A stretch of DNA of 64,000 bases from Candidatus Nanohalarchaeota archaeon (GCA_017610385.1 JAFCCC010000004.1:2863-66862), one strand, 5' to 3'; positions 1-10,316 are shown, counted from the stretch's first letter. Notes: a model not told the origin generated them from the sequence alone. Made by a program: numbers and translations.

Positions 1-1524
1 ATAATTCTTAATAGAGCCTTTTTTAGAAAACATAGCGTCATTTAACGTCATTCCCAATTGTTGAATTCTCCGTAAAGTTTCCACGAAGAAATTATGCATA
101 GGCGTTTCTTTTTCTCCTATTTTTTCATACTCTTGAATTACTTCATAAAGAGAACGCTCCATTGGAATATTTTTAGCCAGCGAATTTTCTAACTCAGTTA
201 AACCCAAATCTAAACCTTGCTCAATTTCCTCAATCATTTCTCTGATTTTTTTCCTTTTGTAAGAACGACCAATAAAAAAAGTTACTAAGCCAGCCAAAAT
301 CCCCCAAAATATAGTAAACGCTTGGAACATATCTGCGATTAGATTTGCTCCAATATACCTCTGAGCCATAAAAATTTTGAATTCAGCAGTTCCAGAAAAG
401 AATATATACGCGTTAAAAATTTTAAAAAAATGAAATAATCCAGGGATAATTAGAACAAAAGTTATTAGAAAACATACTGGAACCAATGGAAGGAAAATTT
501 CCTTTCCACCCAATTTAATAATTAATTTATCTTTTGGTGGCACATTTGCGACATTAACTAAGGCAGGATGCGCATAAGCCCCAGGTCTCTTAGCGATTTG
601 CCTGTGAATTACAAAAAATAAAAGAGAAGGCATTATAAAAATGTATCCGACTGCAATGTAAATTGGATTTATGGCATCATGCAGAAAAATACTGACTAAT
701 GGAAACATAATCAAACCCATTATTGGCAGAACAATTCCCATCATATGTATAAGAGTAACAGGACCTTTCAAATTCTGTGCATACCTCTGCATATTGTTGT
801 AAGTAGATTCTATAATGTACTCTTGCGCTTTTTTAACCATATATCGTCGTTCATCACCCACTCTTGAAACAGAATTAATCAAATATTCTAACGCCTTAAC
901 AAAGTCATTACTCCATTCTCTCCAAAGTTGCGTATAATGACCTAGAGCAACTTTTATATTGGTGTAGTGACCCATTTCTAGATCCCATAATAATTTAGAA
1001 AGATCTGTTGATAGAGGCCCTGTGGTGTAACGGGCTGACGTTCTTATGGCCCCTTCTAAGCTAGGATTCATGTCTAAATACATTGCCATATATAAAATAA
1101 CCCTTAAAGCAGCATCTGAACCCTGAATCCTTGTAACTTCTGCTTTAAATCCAGGATAAGATAACATATAGTATGTCCAAAATAACGGAACCAACCAAAT
1201 CATAAATCTCAAAGGAGATGGAAAAATCACAGTTAAAAATAACCACACAATAGTCAGTAAACCCACGGTAATAAGAAATGTTCCTCCAATTTCTTTAGGA
1301 GTAAGATTTAGCCTAGCAACGCGAATGTGCTCTTCAAATTTCTCATCAGTTTTTTTGCCCAAGCTAACTTTAGCGAACTTAGAAAAATAATGGCACATTT
1401 TTTCGTAGAAAAGACGCCGCTCTTTGGATTTTTCTGCTTTTAAATATCTCTGATACTCTAAACTAATATACCGGTTCCTTTTTTCCTCTTCGGAAACTGG
1501 TTTAGAACGTTTTTTAAAAAACAT
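1..1524 (-). CDS. FlaJ/TadC/PilC-like polytopic platform protein (paralogue of 7599..9659); 3' end lies outside the window
   Basis: Absent from the ORF track because there is no stop in the window. The minus strand is open in one frame from ATG 1524..1522 to base 1 (508 codons): MFFKKRSKPVSEEEKRNRYISLEYQRYLKAEKSKERRLFYEKMCHYFSKF... It is collinear with ORF 7599..9659, e.g. SLEGAIRTSARYTTGPLSTDLSKLLWDLEMG vs NLEGAVIFAATNLEGPISKDLKKVLWNVEVG, and NLKGPVTLIHMMGIVLPIMGLIMFPLVSIFL vs DLKMPVTILNGFGILLPVLGMIALPLASIFL. Several long hydrophobic helices. Confidence 0.7.
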   Translation of the reverse strand, partial: MFFKKRSKPVSEEEKRNRYISLEYQRYLKAEKSKERRLFYEKMCHYFSKFAKVSLGKKTDEKFEEHIRVARLNLTPKEIGGTFLITVGLLTIVWLFLTVIFPSPLRFMIWLVPLFWTYYMLSYPGFKAEVTRIQGSDAALRVILYMAMYLDMNPSLEGAIRTSARYTTGPLSTDLSKLLWDLEMGHYTNIKVALGHYTQLWREWSNDFVKALEYLINSVSRVGDERRYMVKKAQEYIIESTYNNMQRYAQNLKGPVTLIHMMGIVLPIMGLIMFPLVSIFLHDAINPIYIAVGYIFIMPSLLFFVIHRQIAKRPGAYAHPALVNVANVPPKDKLIIKLGGKEIFLPLVPVCFLITFVLIIPGLFHFFKIFNAYIFFSGTAEFKIFMAQRYIGANLIADMFQAFTIFWGILAGLVTFFIGRSYKRKKIREMIEEIEQGLDLGLTELENSLAKNIPMERSLYEVIQEYEKIGEKETPMHNFFVETLRRIQQLGMTLNDAMFSKKGSIKNY

Positions 1525-1584
1525 TACAATAGACAATTGACGAAATTTTTTTAAATATCTTTACTAAAGAACTTTATAGGAAAG

Positions 1585-4500
1585 ATGACCACAACAAAAC
1601 CAGATTCAAAATTTAAAGGTAATACGCCAAAAATAGACTATTTTGAGCAATCAGAGTATTATTTTGATCGCAATGAAAAACGAATCCGTCTAAATCTTCA
1701 AGGAAGTAGTTATGCTGCTTCAATTGAGGATTTCGGCGAAGTTATGAGTAAAGTTATTACTTACCTTAGAAAAATAAGGGAAGCGCGATCATTTGTTCTT
1801 GCTAAGGATAGAGAATATGAATATACGGTTTACCAAACACATTTATTAAAGGAAATTGCAGAAGTTCTCGAATTTATCAAAAGAAAAAAATTAACAAATC
1901 CCTCTCAGTTAGAAATACCAAGTTGTGGAAAACATACTGCCGAAAGAGTTGCTTTTATGCAAGATTTTGTAATTAACAAATTGCAAACAGACCCTCTTGG
2001 TGCATATGTTCGACTAAAAAGATATATTGAAGAAATGACTGTTATTGAAAACAAAGAGAGAGGGATATCTAATCGTTGTTATCAAAAATATATTTCAACA
2101 GTTTTAGAGCCTATCAGAATAGAATTAGAAAAAACAGATTTAATTCAAAAAGTAAAAGATCAGCTTCCTGGACATCATATTGGAAATAGAGACATCTATA
2201 GACAGATTTTTCATCCAACAATTCGGCCAAATTTTATGTTGACTAGATATCAGGCATCGCTTCCTGAAAATGGAAATGAAATTGATCATTACATGATTCC
2301 TGTAGTAAATGCAGAAGTTCGGATTTTCAAAGTTTTAGGAGATATTAGACTACATTATCATATTACTCCGCCAGAATTTAATTTAAACGAAGAAGAATAT
2401 GCTATTTTAGATACTGCCCGAAGATATATGTCTGAACATGAACCAACAGAATCTGAGTTTGCAGATCCAGAAAGAACAAGGGAAGTTTTCTTTAATATTG
2501 GAAAAGACATGCTTTTGGATATTTTGGCTAGTATGGAACTGGAGTTAAGTGAAGAAAAAGTTGAACAATTAGCCACTATTTTAACAAGATATACTGCTGG
2601 TTTAGGAATCTTAGAGGTTCTTTTAGCAGACCCAAACTTACAAGATATTTATGTTAATTCTCCTGTAGGGAACATTCCAATTTATACTATTCACGGGAAA
2701 TATGGAGACTGCGTAACCAATCTTATTCCTACTTCCGATGATGCTGAATCCTGGGCTACACGATTCAGAATGAGCTCTGGAAGGCCATTAGATGAGGCTA
2801 ATCCTGTGTTAGATACAGAGACAGAAGTGCCAGGCGGGCGGGCCAGAGTAGCAATTATATCTAAAAATTTAAGTCCAGAAGGTCTAGCCTTCGCATTTCG
2901 ACGTCATAGAGAAAAGCCATGGACCTTTCCGTTGTTTATTGAACAAAATATGTTAACTCCATTGGCTTCTGGGTTACTAAGCTTCATAATCGACGGCGCA
3001 AGGACAATGCTCATTGCAGGAACTAGATCTGCTGGAAAATGTGTTGAGGGTAACACCTTAATTCAACTTTCTGATGGCAACATCAAAAAAATTAAGGATT
3101 TGATTGGGGTAGAAAAACTCAAAATAGATGATGGAAAATTATATGAGCCAAGAGACCCGTCTTACGTTCAAAGTTTAAGTGAAATGACCAATAGCTCACA
3201 AAAGATTCAACATGTATGGAAAAGAGAATCCCCTGAAAAAATGATTAAATTAAGGACAAAAACCGGTAAAGAGATAGTTACTACTCCAGAACACCCGTAC
3301 TTTATCTATAATGGCGCGCTAAAGAATAAAAGAGCTGATGAATTAAAGACTGGAGAGTTGATTGCAACACCAAGGAGAATTAAAACCAATGCAATAGATG
3401 TAAAAATCGAGTTAGACCACAATAATCATTTATTCACAGAAACAAAAAGTTACTATCTTGTAAAAGGTCGTACCAACGCCCATCAGGTTAAATTCCCCAA
3501 AAAAGTAACACCGGAACTTTCCGAATTTATTGGTCTCATCTGTGGAGATGGACACTTAGATTTACACAAATTAGAATTCCATAATTGTTGCCCAGAATTA
3601 AGAAAAAGATATATTTCATTACTTGAGATGTTCGATCTTCCTTACAGAGTTTTCAAAAGTAAAACTACTTATGTAGTACAGGTCACATCTAGAGTATTAA
3701 ATAGAATTTTAAATGATGTTTTCGAAATTCCATTTGGAAAAAAAGCAGATAAGATTATTATTCCACAAAAAATCTTACGATCTAATAACACTGTTTTGGC
3801 AGCATTTATTAGAGGATATTTTGACACAGATGGTTTTGTACATAAAAATAAGCGAGAAATTGAAATCACTAGTGCAAGTGAGGCCATAATTGAACAATTA
3901 AGGATGGCTCTTTTAAGATTCGGAATCATTTCTACAACGAATAGAAAACGGGTTAGAGGATCAACTTATTTTAGATTACTAATATATGGAGCTTTTATTG
4001 AACCATTTGCAAAAGAAATTGGATTTTCTCAACCTGACAAAGAAAAAAGATTAAGACGATTATTATCTGAAAAACACATGAATAATACCAATATTGATGT
4101 AATACCTCAGGGAAACGAAATCTTGCGGACTTTAAGAAAAGTTTTGAGAGTGAGTCCATTAGATTTGCGAGGGGCTGGAAAAGATTGTTGGGCATATGAA
4201 ACTAATCAGTACAGAGTAACACGAAGATGGTTTAAAAAGATCATTGAATTTTATAGAAAAAGGTATGATTATTTAATTGAGAGTAAAGAACAGATTGAAC
4301 TTCTTCGAAAATTTATTGAATTTGATTGTGATACATATTTATCTAAAGTGGATTATTTAAGAAAACTTCTTGGAATATCCTATGTAACTCTTTCTGCCGA
4401 TTTGAATATTTCTGATTCTGGACTTAAAAAAATACTTCAAAAGAACAAGGTAAGTGATATAGAAAAATTATGGGAAATCCATAAGTTAAAGCAAACTTTT

Positions 4501-7500
4501 AGCGTTCACCAAAAATCCTTATCCAATTTAAACGAGGTTGCACCAATCATTAAAAATACACCAATTTTTGTTGACGCCGGATTAATTTCTTACGCAAAAC
4601 TTTCAAGAGATTTAAAAATACCAGAAACTACGTTGAAGTCCTATTGTTATGGAGGAATCACAGTTTCAGAAGAAAAAGCAAAACTTATTGAACATAAATT
4701 GACTTCAGTTAAAAATAAAGTAGTAGAACAAATAGAAAAATCAGAGAGTATCTTGCAAGAATTAAATTCATATGATTTTATTGCACACTGTGTTTCTTTT
4801 GGAACACTATTGCAAAAATTTAGAGAAGATCTTCACATCACAAATCAGGAATTTGCTTCAGAAGACTTCTCGGTTTCTACAGTTTCTAATTTCTTTGCCG
4901 GTAGATATAAACCCTCCTACATGGTTTTAAAATCTCTTATTGGGACAATATTAAAAATTTATGATGATTCTACCTCTTTAAAGGTACAAACTAGGTTAAG
5001 CGTATTTGAAAAATTAGCAAATTCAGATATTTTTTGGGACGAAGTCTCTTCCGTGGAATTTATTAACAAGAGTGATGACTTTGTTTATGATTTGACAATT
5101 GAGAATACGCACAATTTTGTTGCAAATGGACTTTTTGCACATAATACTTCTCTTCTAAGCGCCTGTTTAACCGAGCTGATGAAGAAATACCGGATCTGCA
5201 CAGTAGAAGACTCAGTGACCGGAGATTCTAAATTGATGTATCGCATTAATAACCAATTTAAAAGAACGACTATAGGTGAACTCATTGACCCCCTCGTTGA
5301 CCCAGAGAACAAAATAGCCACAGACAATTTAGAAATACTAACAGACCTTCCTGAAAAAATAGAGGTTTATAGTATAGATGAATTCGGAAAACTTCACCTC
5401 TCACCAGTTTCTGCTGTTTCAAGGCACAAAGTTAAGAAAAAAATCTATGAAATTGAAACTAGAACTGGACGCAAAATTAAAGTAACAGAAGACCACTCAT
5501 TATTCTCTTTGAATAATTCTGCGCAAATTTGCCCAATACCCACCAAACAACTTAAAGCAGGGAATTACATTGCAACACCTCGTACCTTAAAATTATCTCA
5601 AAAAAATTTAGATTTTCTCAACTTGGCAGACTACACAGAGAAACTTAATGGATACTTTGTTTCTAAAAATATAAGCAAATATATACAGGAAAACAGAAAA
5701 AAAGTTTTAAAATTAGCTAAAAAATATAATTATTCAGATTCAACTGTGGGAAGTTGGGTACGCAACGGAATTTTGCCTTCCCCAATCTTTAAAGAACTTG
5801 ATTTAAAAGAGAACCTGCCTCTTACATCTTTAAAATATAAAGAAGGCGGTCATTCCAGGGAAATAAACTGTAAAATAGGTCTTACTGAAGAACTACTTTC
5901 TTTTATGGGTATGTGGCTAGCAGATGGCTGTTATGATCAAAGAAGCATAATACTTTCTATTGCTGATAAAGAAGCAGTTGATATCATCACAAAAATTAGC
6001 AAATTATTTGGATGCGCTCTAAAAAAGCATTCGGATGGTTTTTCATACATGTTCAATAGCAAAACTGTAAAAGAAGTTATGATTTCTGTTCTGGGCCTAA
6101 CTGGAAACTCTCATACTAAAAGAATTCCGAATCTAATATATAATTTATCAGAAAAACAAATTGGCGCATTTTTAAAAGGTTTATTTAGTGGTGACGGATA
6201 TACTGCAAAATATGAAGTAGGTATATCTCTTATTAATGCTAAATTAATCTCAGACGTTCAAACATTGCTTCTGGGGTTTGGAATTATTTCTCGCGTCAGG
6301 CTTGCGTCAGGTAAGGGCACATCTTCCTATAATACTTCACACAATATGATTAGTCTGCGCATTAGCGGAATAAAATTCTTAGAGGAATTTAGAAAAAAAG
6401 TAAATTTTGTTCAGAACCACAGAAAAGAGTTCCTAGAAAAACTCTGTAATAAAAATATAACTCACGACAATACAGATATTATTCCTATTTCTTTAGATTT
6501 TAAAAAGAGGCTTTCAGTTATTTGCCCCTCATTTAGTACCTACGATTACATCACAAGAGAAAATAATCTTGGCAGAGAAAAACTAGCTAGCTTAATAGAG
6601 GAAATCCCTGCCGGAGACACAGAACTGCTTTTGACTTCCAAGGATTTAGCAGAATCTGATGTATTTTGGGATCAAATAAAAAGCATCAAAGAAATCGAAC
6701 ACGATGGCAGTTACGTATACGATCTCTCTGTTCCTCAAAACGAATCTTTTGTATGTGAAAATATTTTAGCTCACAACACGCTAGAGATTCCAGTTTCTTC
6801 GTTGCGTGATTTGGGATATAATGTTGAACGAATGAAATCTCGTTCTGTAATTACCCAAGTTGAAAGCGAACTTTCAGCAGATGATGCAATTAGAACTGCT
6901 TTAAGATTAGGTGATTCTGTTCTAATTATTGGAGAGGTAAGGAGTTTAGAAGCTAAGTCTCTTTATGAGGCAATGCGAATTGGTGCTCTAGCAAATTTTG
7001 TGGCAGGAACAATTCACGGAGACTCAGCGTATGGTGTTTTTGATCGTGTTGTAAATGATCTAGGTGTTCCCCCAACCTCTTTTAAAGCAACAGATATTGT
7101 TGTTGTAGCAAATACTCTTAGATCTCCGGATGGGCTACATACCTTTAGGAGAGTAACCAATATTGTTGAAGTAAGAAAAGAATGGACTGAAGACCCCTTA
7201 AAAGAACACGCTTTTGTTGATTTAATGATTTATGACTCTCAAAAAGATGAATTAGTTCCAACAGACACATTATTAAACGGTGAAAGTTTCGTTTTGAACA
7301 GTATTGCGAATAATATTAGAGAATGGAAAAATGATTGGACGGCGATTTGGAATAACATATTACTAAGAGCCAAAATTAAAGAGACTCTTGTTAAATATTC
7401 TAGGGACTTTAAAAAACCAGAAATTTTAGAAGCAGAATTTACAGTTAAATCAAATGAGAAATTCCATGAACTTAGTGAGTTTGTTAAGCAAGACCAAGGA

Positions 7501-7596
7501 ATTATGAATTCTAAAAAAATATTTTCCTTATGGTTAAACTGGGTAAAAAAAGAGCTTAAACTACAAAATATAAAGGCAAATGACTTCTTATTATAG
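1585..7596 (+). CDS. Type II/IV secretion-family ATPase (GspE/FlaI/PilB/VirB11 superfamily), interrupted by two inteins
   Basis: 2003-aa ORF. Removing the two inteins in silico leaves a 779-aa extein reading ...IAGTRSAGK|TSLLSACLTELMKKYRICTVED|TLEIPV...VLIIGEVRSLEA...VAGTIHGDS. These are the Walker A, Asp box, Walker B and His box, collinear with ORF 26279..29926 (GGTGSGK|TSLLNVL..RIVSIEDTREIQL..RIIVGEIRRKRQA..YSTLHADT). Confidence 0.9.
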   Translation: MTTTKPDSKFKGNTPKIDYFEQSEYYFDRNEKRIRLNLQGSSYAASIEDFGEVMSKVITYLRKIREARSFVLAKDREYEYTVYQTHLLKEIAEVLEFIKRKKLTNPSQLEIPSCGKHTAERVAFMQDFVINKLQTDPLGAYVRLKRYIEEMTVIENKERGISNRCYQKYISTVLEPIRIELEKTDLIQKVKDQLPGHHIGNRDIYRQIFHPTIRPNFMLTRYQASLPENGNEIDHYMIPVVNAEVRIFKVLGDIRLHYHITPPEFNLNEEEYAILDTARRYMSEHEPTESEFADPERTREVFFNIGKDMLLDILASMELELSEEKVEQLATILTRYTAGLGILEVLLADPNLQDIYVNSPVGNIPIYTIHGKYGDCVTNLIPTSDDAESWATRFRMSSGRPLDEANPVLDTETEVPGGRARVAIISKNLSPEGLAFAFRRHREKPWTFPLFIEQNMLTPLASGLLSFIIDGARTMLIAGTRSAGKCVEGNTLIQLSDGNIKKIKDLIGVEKLKIDDGKLYEPRDPSYVQSLSEMTNSSQKIQHVWKRESPEKMIKLRTKTGKEIVTTPEHPYFIYNGALKNKRADELKTGELIATPRRIKTNAIDVKIELDHNNHLFTETKSYYLVKGRTNAHQVKFPKKVTPELSEFIGLICGDGHLDLHKLEFHNCCPELRKRYISLLEMFDLPYRVFKSKTTYVVQVTSRVLNRILNDVFEIPFGKKADKIIIPQKILRSNNTVLAAFIRGYFDTDGFVHKNKREIEITSASEAIIEQLRMALLRFGIISTTNRKRVRGSTYFRLLIYGAFIEPFAKEIGFSQPDKEKRLRRLLSEKHMNNTNIDVIPQGNEILRTLRKVLRVSPLDLRGAGKDCWAYETNQYRVTRRWFKKIIEFYRKRYDYLIESKEQIELLRKFIEFDCDTYLSKVDYLRKLLGISYVTLSADLNISDSGLKKILQKNKVSDIEKLWEIHKLKQTFSVHQKSLSNLNEVAPIIKNTPIFVDAGLISYAKLSRDLKIPETTLKSYCYGGITVSEEKAKLIEHKLTSVKNKVVEQIEKSESILQELNSYDFIAHCVSFGTLLQKFREDLHITNQEFASEDFSVSTVSNFFAGRYKPSYMVLKSLIGTILKIYDDSTSLKVQTRLSVFEKLANSDIFWDEVSSVEFINKSDDFVYDLTIENTHNFVANGLFAHNTSLLSACLTELMKKYRICTVEDSVTGDSKLMYRINNQFKRTTIGELIDPLVDPENKIATDNLEILTDLPEKIEVYSIDEFGKLHLSPVSAVSRHKVKKKIYEIETRTGRKIKVTEDHSLFSLNNSAQICPIPTKQLKAGNYIATPRTLKLSQKNLDFLNLADYTEKLNGYFVSKNISKYIQENRKKVLKLAKKYNYSDSTVGSWVRNGILPSPIFKELDLKENLPLTSLKYKEGGHSREINCKIGLTEELLSFMGMWLADGCYDQRSIILSIADKEAVDIITKISKLFGCALKKHSDGFSYMFNSKTVKEVMISVLGLTGNSHTKRIPNLIYNLSEKQIGAFLKGLFSGDGYTAKYEVGISLINAKLISDVQTLLLGFGIISRVRLASGKGTSSYNTSHNMISLRISGIKFLEEFRKKVNFVQNHRKEFLEKLCNKNITHDNTDIIPISLDFKKRLSVICPSFSTYDYITRENNLGREKLASLIEEIPAGDTELLLTSKDLAESDVFWDQIKSIKEIEHDGSYVYDLSVPQNESFVCENILAHNTLEIPVSSLRDLGYNVERMKSRSVITQVESELSADDAIRTALRLGDSVLIIGEVRSLEAKSLYEAMRIGALANFVAGTIHGDSAYGVFDRVVNDLGVPPTSFKATDIVVVANTLRSPDGLHTFRRVTNIVEVRKEWTEDPLKEHAFVDLMIYDSQKDELVPTDTLLNGESFVLNSIANNIREWKNDWTAIWNNILLRAKIKETLVKYSRDFKKPEILEAEFTVKSNEKFHELSEFVKQDQGIMNSKKIFSLWLNWVKKELKLQNIKANDFLL
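3040..5145 (+). mobile_element. Intein 1 (702 aa, LAGLIDADG homing-endonuclease type) inserted in the Walker A motif
   Basis: Begins with Cys (CVEGNTLIQL, tgt 3040..3042) directly after the P-loop Lys. Block B is VTTPEHPYF. Two LAGLIDADG motifs (FIGLICGDGHL, FIRGYFDTDGFV). Ends FVANGLFAHN (aat 5143..5145) followed by +1 Thr. In frame with the host. Confidence 0.9.
5212..6777 (+). mobile_element. Intein 2 (522 aa, LAGLIDADG type) inserted in the Asp-box (..VED|T..)
   Basis: Begins with Ser (SVTGDSKLMY, tca 5212..5214). Block B is KVTEDHSLF. LAGLIDADG motifs are FMGMWLADGCYD and FLKGLFSGDGYT. Ends FVCENILAHN (aac 6775..6777) followed by +1 Thr. Excision restores RICTVED-TLEI, matching RIVSIEDTREI of the paralogue. 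Confidence 0.85.
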
Positions 7597-7598
7597 GT

Positions 7599-9659
7599 AT
7601 GGATCATAAGCTTGATGAAGCATGGTGGGATAAAGAACGAAAAAAGTTACAAAGACGCTTTAATGGATCTGAATTTTTACACGGAGAAGAAAGATTTCGC
7701 TCAAAAGACTATTTGAAATTTATAGAAAGCTCCAAACCAGAAAAAGAGAATCTTTATGTTAAATTATGTCATTCTTTTCAAAAATTTCAAATTAAGCCAG
7801 ATAAAGCAACTAATGTTAAACTTACAAACGCGATTAACTTGCTGGAATGGGACATTACTCCAGGTCAGTGTATGACAACTGGAATATTTCTTGCTATTGT
7901 TTTAGCAATTCCTAGTTTTTTAGTATTCTTATTTAAAATTTCACTTATTCTTAAATTGGCAGCATTTTCAATTCCGCTTATTGCATTGTATGTTGGAATG
8001 ACTTATCCTCATATAAAAGCATTAGAAAAAATTGTAAAAGGTTCTGAAGATCTAATTTTTTGCATACTATATATGATAATATACACGTATTCTTCTCCAA
8101 ATCTAGAAGGTGCTGTTATCTTTGCAGCCACAAATTTAGAAGGTCCGATTTCAAAGGATTTAAAAAAAGTTTTGTGGAATGTTGAAGTTGGAAATCAAAT
8201 AAATGTTGATCGCTCTCTTTCAGATTATATTGCTCGCTGGGAGCCATATAATCGGGATTTTCTTGAATCAGTCCAATTAATCAAAGGTGCGATGAGAGAG
8301 CCTTCAGATCAAAAAAGAAATGAAATGTTGCATGCTTCATCTGAAACGATTTTACAAGGCACCAAAGAAAAAATGAAACATTATTCTCAAGACTTAAAAA
8401 TGCCTGTTACAATTTTAAATGGTTTCGGTATATTACTTCCTGTTTTAGGTATGATTGCTTTACCCTTGGCATCTATTTTTTTAGAATCAACGATTAAACT
8501 TTCGCATCTAATTTTATTTTATGATATAGTTTTACCTTTGATTCTTTATACTGTAATGATCCGTGTTTTAATTAAAAGACCACCAACAACCAGCGTTCAA
8601 CCCCTAAATCAACGAGCTCTCCCACCAAAAGGCAAATTTACTATTAAACTCGGTAAAAAACACATAAAAATTCCCGCATTAGTTCCTGCAATTTTAATTT
8701 TTGTCGCACTTGCCACCCCCGGATTAATTAGTTTAATACAAAATCCCATGCTTCAAGAACCATCTATTGCAAATATGAGCAGAAGTCTATTCATTGTGTT
8801 GGGTTTGGGTTTGGGCATTGGTACCTACTTTTTTATAGGCTATAAACAGAGATATGAAAAACAAAAACAGCTTGAAATCATAGAAGCTCAATTTCCAGTT
8901 GCGTTATTTGAACTTGGACACAGGTTAGCTGATGGAAAACCAATTGAAGCTGCTCTGGATTCTGCAGCATATGCCATGAAAAATCTATCTATTTCTGGAT
9001 TTTTCAGAATAATCTCAAATAATATTAAAAGAGTTAACATGGTTTTTAGAGATTCTATATTTGACAAAGAACTTGGCGCCATTAGAAAATATCCTTCAAA
9101 GTTAATAGAAACTGTTATGAAGGCAATTGTAGATGCTGCCCGGAGAGGTACCAAGGTTGTAAGTGGCACAATGCTTACTATTGCCTCATATCTTCAAAAT
9201 TTACATAACACTCAAGAAGAGATTTCTGATTTAATGGAAGAAAGTACAACCACTATGAAATTCGTTGGTTTTATGCTTGCACCAGTAATTGCAGGAGTTG
9301 CAGTCTCCATGACTCAAATTATGATCAATGCACTAACGATTTTAAAAGAGAAGTTTGCAGATGTCGGAGAAATTGGAGCAGGTGGCGCAGATACGGGCAT
9401 GGGTACAAATTTATTATCTGGATTTATAAAATTAGAATCAATGATTCCCCCACACATATTGCAATTAGTTATTGGAATTTACATAATTGAGATTTTACTG
9501 ATTATTGGTTTATTTTATACTAGAGTAAAACAAGGAGAAAATAAAACCGTAGAAAGAATGAACATGGGCAAATTATTATTAATTGGATCAATAGTTTATG
9601 TAATTACCACGTTACTAATTTCTGCAATCTTTGGGGGAATATTAAAAACAATTATTTAA
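7599..9659 (+). CDS. FlaJ/TadC/PilC-like polytopic platform protein
   Basis: 686 aa with many long hydrophobic segments. Cytoplasmic helical stretches have T2SS-F-like wording (EAQFPVALFELGHRLADGKPIEAALDSAA). The ATG lies 2 nt after the ATPase stop. Paralogue of 1..1524. Family assigned by eye only. Confidence 0.6.
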   Translation: MDHKLDEAWWDKERKKLQRRFNGSEFLHGEERFRSKDYLKFIESSKPEKENLYVKLCHSFQKFQIKPDKATNVKLTNAINLLEWDITPGQCMTTGIFLAIVLAIPSFLVFLFKISLILKLAAFSIPLIALYVGMTYPHIKALEKIVKGSEDLIFCILYMIIYTYSSPNLEGAVIFAATNLEGPISKDLKKVLWNVEVGNQINVDRSLSDYIARWEPYNRDFLESVQLIKGAMREPSDQKRNEMLHASSETILQGTKEKMKHYSQDLKMPVTILNGFGILLPVLGMIALPLASIFLESTIKLSHLILFYDIVLPLILYTVMIRVLIKRPPTTSVQPLNQRALPPKGKFTIKLGKKHIKIPALVPAILIFVALATPGLISLIQNPMLQEPSIANMSRSLFIVLGLGLGIGTYFFIGYKQRYEKQKQLEIIEAQFPVALFELGHRLADGKPIEAALDSAAYAMKNLSISGFFRIISNNIKRVNMVFRDSIFDKELGAIRKYPSKLIETVMKAIVDAARRGTKVVSGTMLTIASYLQNLHNTQEEISDLMEESTTTMKFVGFMLAPVIAGVAVSMTQIMINALTILKEKFADVGEIGAGGADTGMGTNLLSGFIKLESMIPPHILQLVIGIYIIEILLIIGLFYTRVKQGENKTVERMNMGKLLLIGSIVYVITTLLISAIFGGILKTII

Positions 9660-9677
9660 GGTAAATTTGAGGTAAGG

Positions 9678-10316
9678 ATGGTATCAAAAGCAGCTATTTT
9701 TGGAATTGGAGCAGTATTATTATTAGCAGTTTTTGCTTCCACTTTTGCATCTTTAGTAGATACAAATCTAGGAGATGCGATAAATTCCGTTGTACGTATT
9801 TTAAGATATAGAAAAATGGATATAACTTCTCCAGAACAACTAGAGCAATTAATGCTTTGCTTGCAACAACGCGCTATAAATTGTGATACAGTCAATGCAA
9901 AAGGTTATTGGAAGTTGCTTAAAAATACACCTTTTGAAGGCTGCCCATGTGGGGATGATTTTATGGCGGGGACTGATGTTATTGTTAATTTCAAATTTAA
10001 TGATACTGAAGAATATACAATAAACGATGGTTTCGCAGCTTTTGGAGAAGTAAAACCAGTTCCATTAAAATGTAATGTACGAATTACAGATAATTGGTTA
10101 AATAAGATCAAAGGATTTCTTATGGGACAATCCAAATATTATCTTTTATTTTATAATCCAAACGACGAACAACTCACTACAACCATAGTTAATAATACAG
10201 AAGGCGTTGTTGTGGTAAATACAAGATGGACACTAAGCAATGATATTAATGAATTCTTTGGCTTGTCTGAAACAGACAGATTAGTTCAAGGATGTATCGC
10301 AATAAAAAAACAATAA
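9678..10316 (+). CDS. Membrane-anchored/secreted hypothetical protein (paralogue of 10852..11673)
   Basis: N-terminus is MVSKAAIFGIGAVLLLAVFAS (a possible KA|A class III signal or an anchor). Shares ITSPEQLEQLMLCLQQ and EGCPCG...VIVNFKFNDTEEYTI with IKNEEQFRGLLQCLAA and QGCTITG...VHVKFKIDNSDGYII of the downstream ORF. Confidence 0.55.
   Translation: MVSKAAIFGIGAVLLLAVFASTFASLVDTNLGDAINSVVRILRYRKMDITSPEQLEQLMLCLQQRAINCDTVNAKGYWKLLKNTPFEGCPCGDDFMAGTDVIVNFKFNDTEEYTINDGFAAFGEVKPVPLKCNVRITDNWLNKIKGFLMGQSKYYLLFYNPNDEQLTTTIVNNTEGVVVVNTRWTLSNDINEFFGLSETDRLVQGCIAIKKQ

Noticed and set aside
1525-1584. TATA/BRE promoter calls (here and in other spacers)
   Set aside because: TATA-like strings (e.g. tttttttaaatat at 1546..1558) are so frequent in this AT-rich DNA that I cannot separate real boxes from background without TSS data.
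2358-7607. Antisense ORFs inside the first ATPase gene (2358..2576, 3669..3929, 3995..4195, 5085..5327, 7239..7607)
   Set aside because: All lie opposite a long ORF with strong motif support. Their products are low-complexity shadow frames typical of AT-rich coding DNA.
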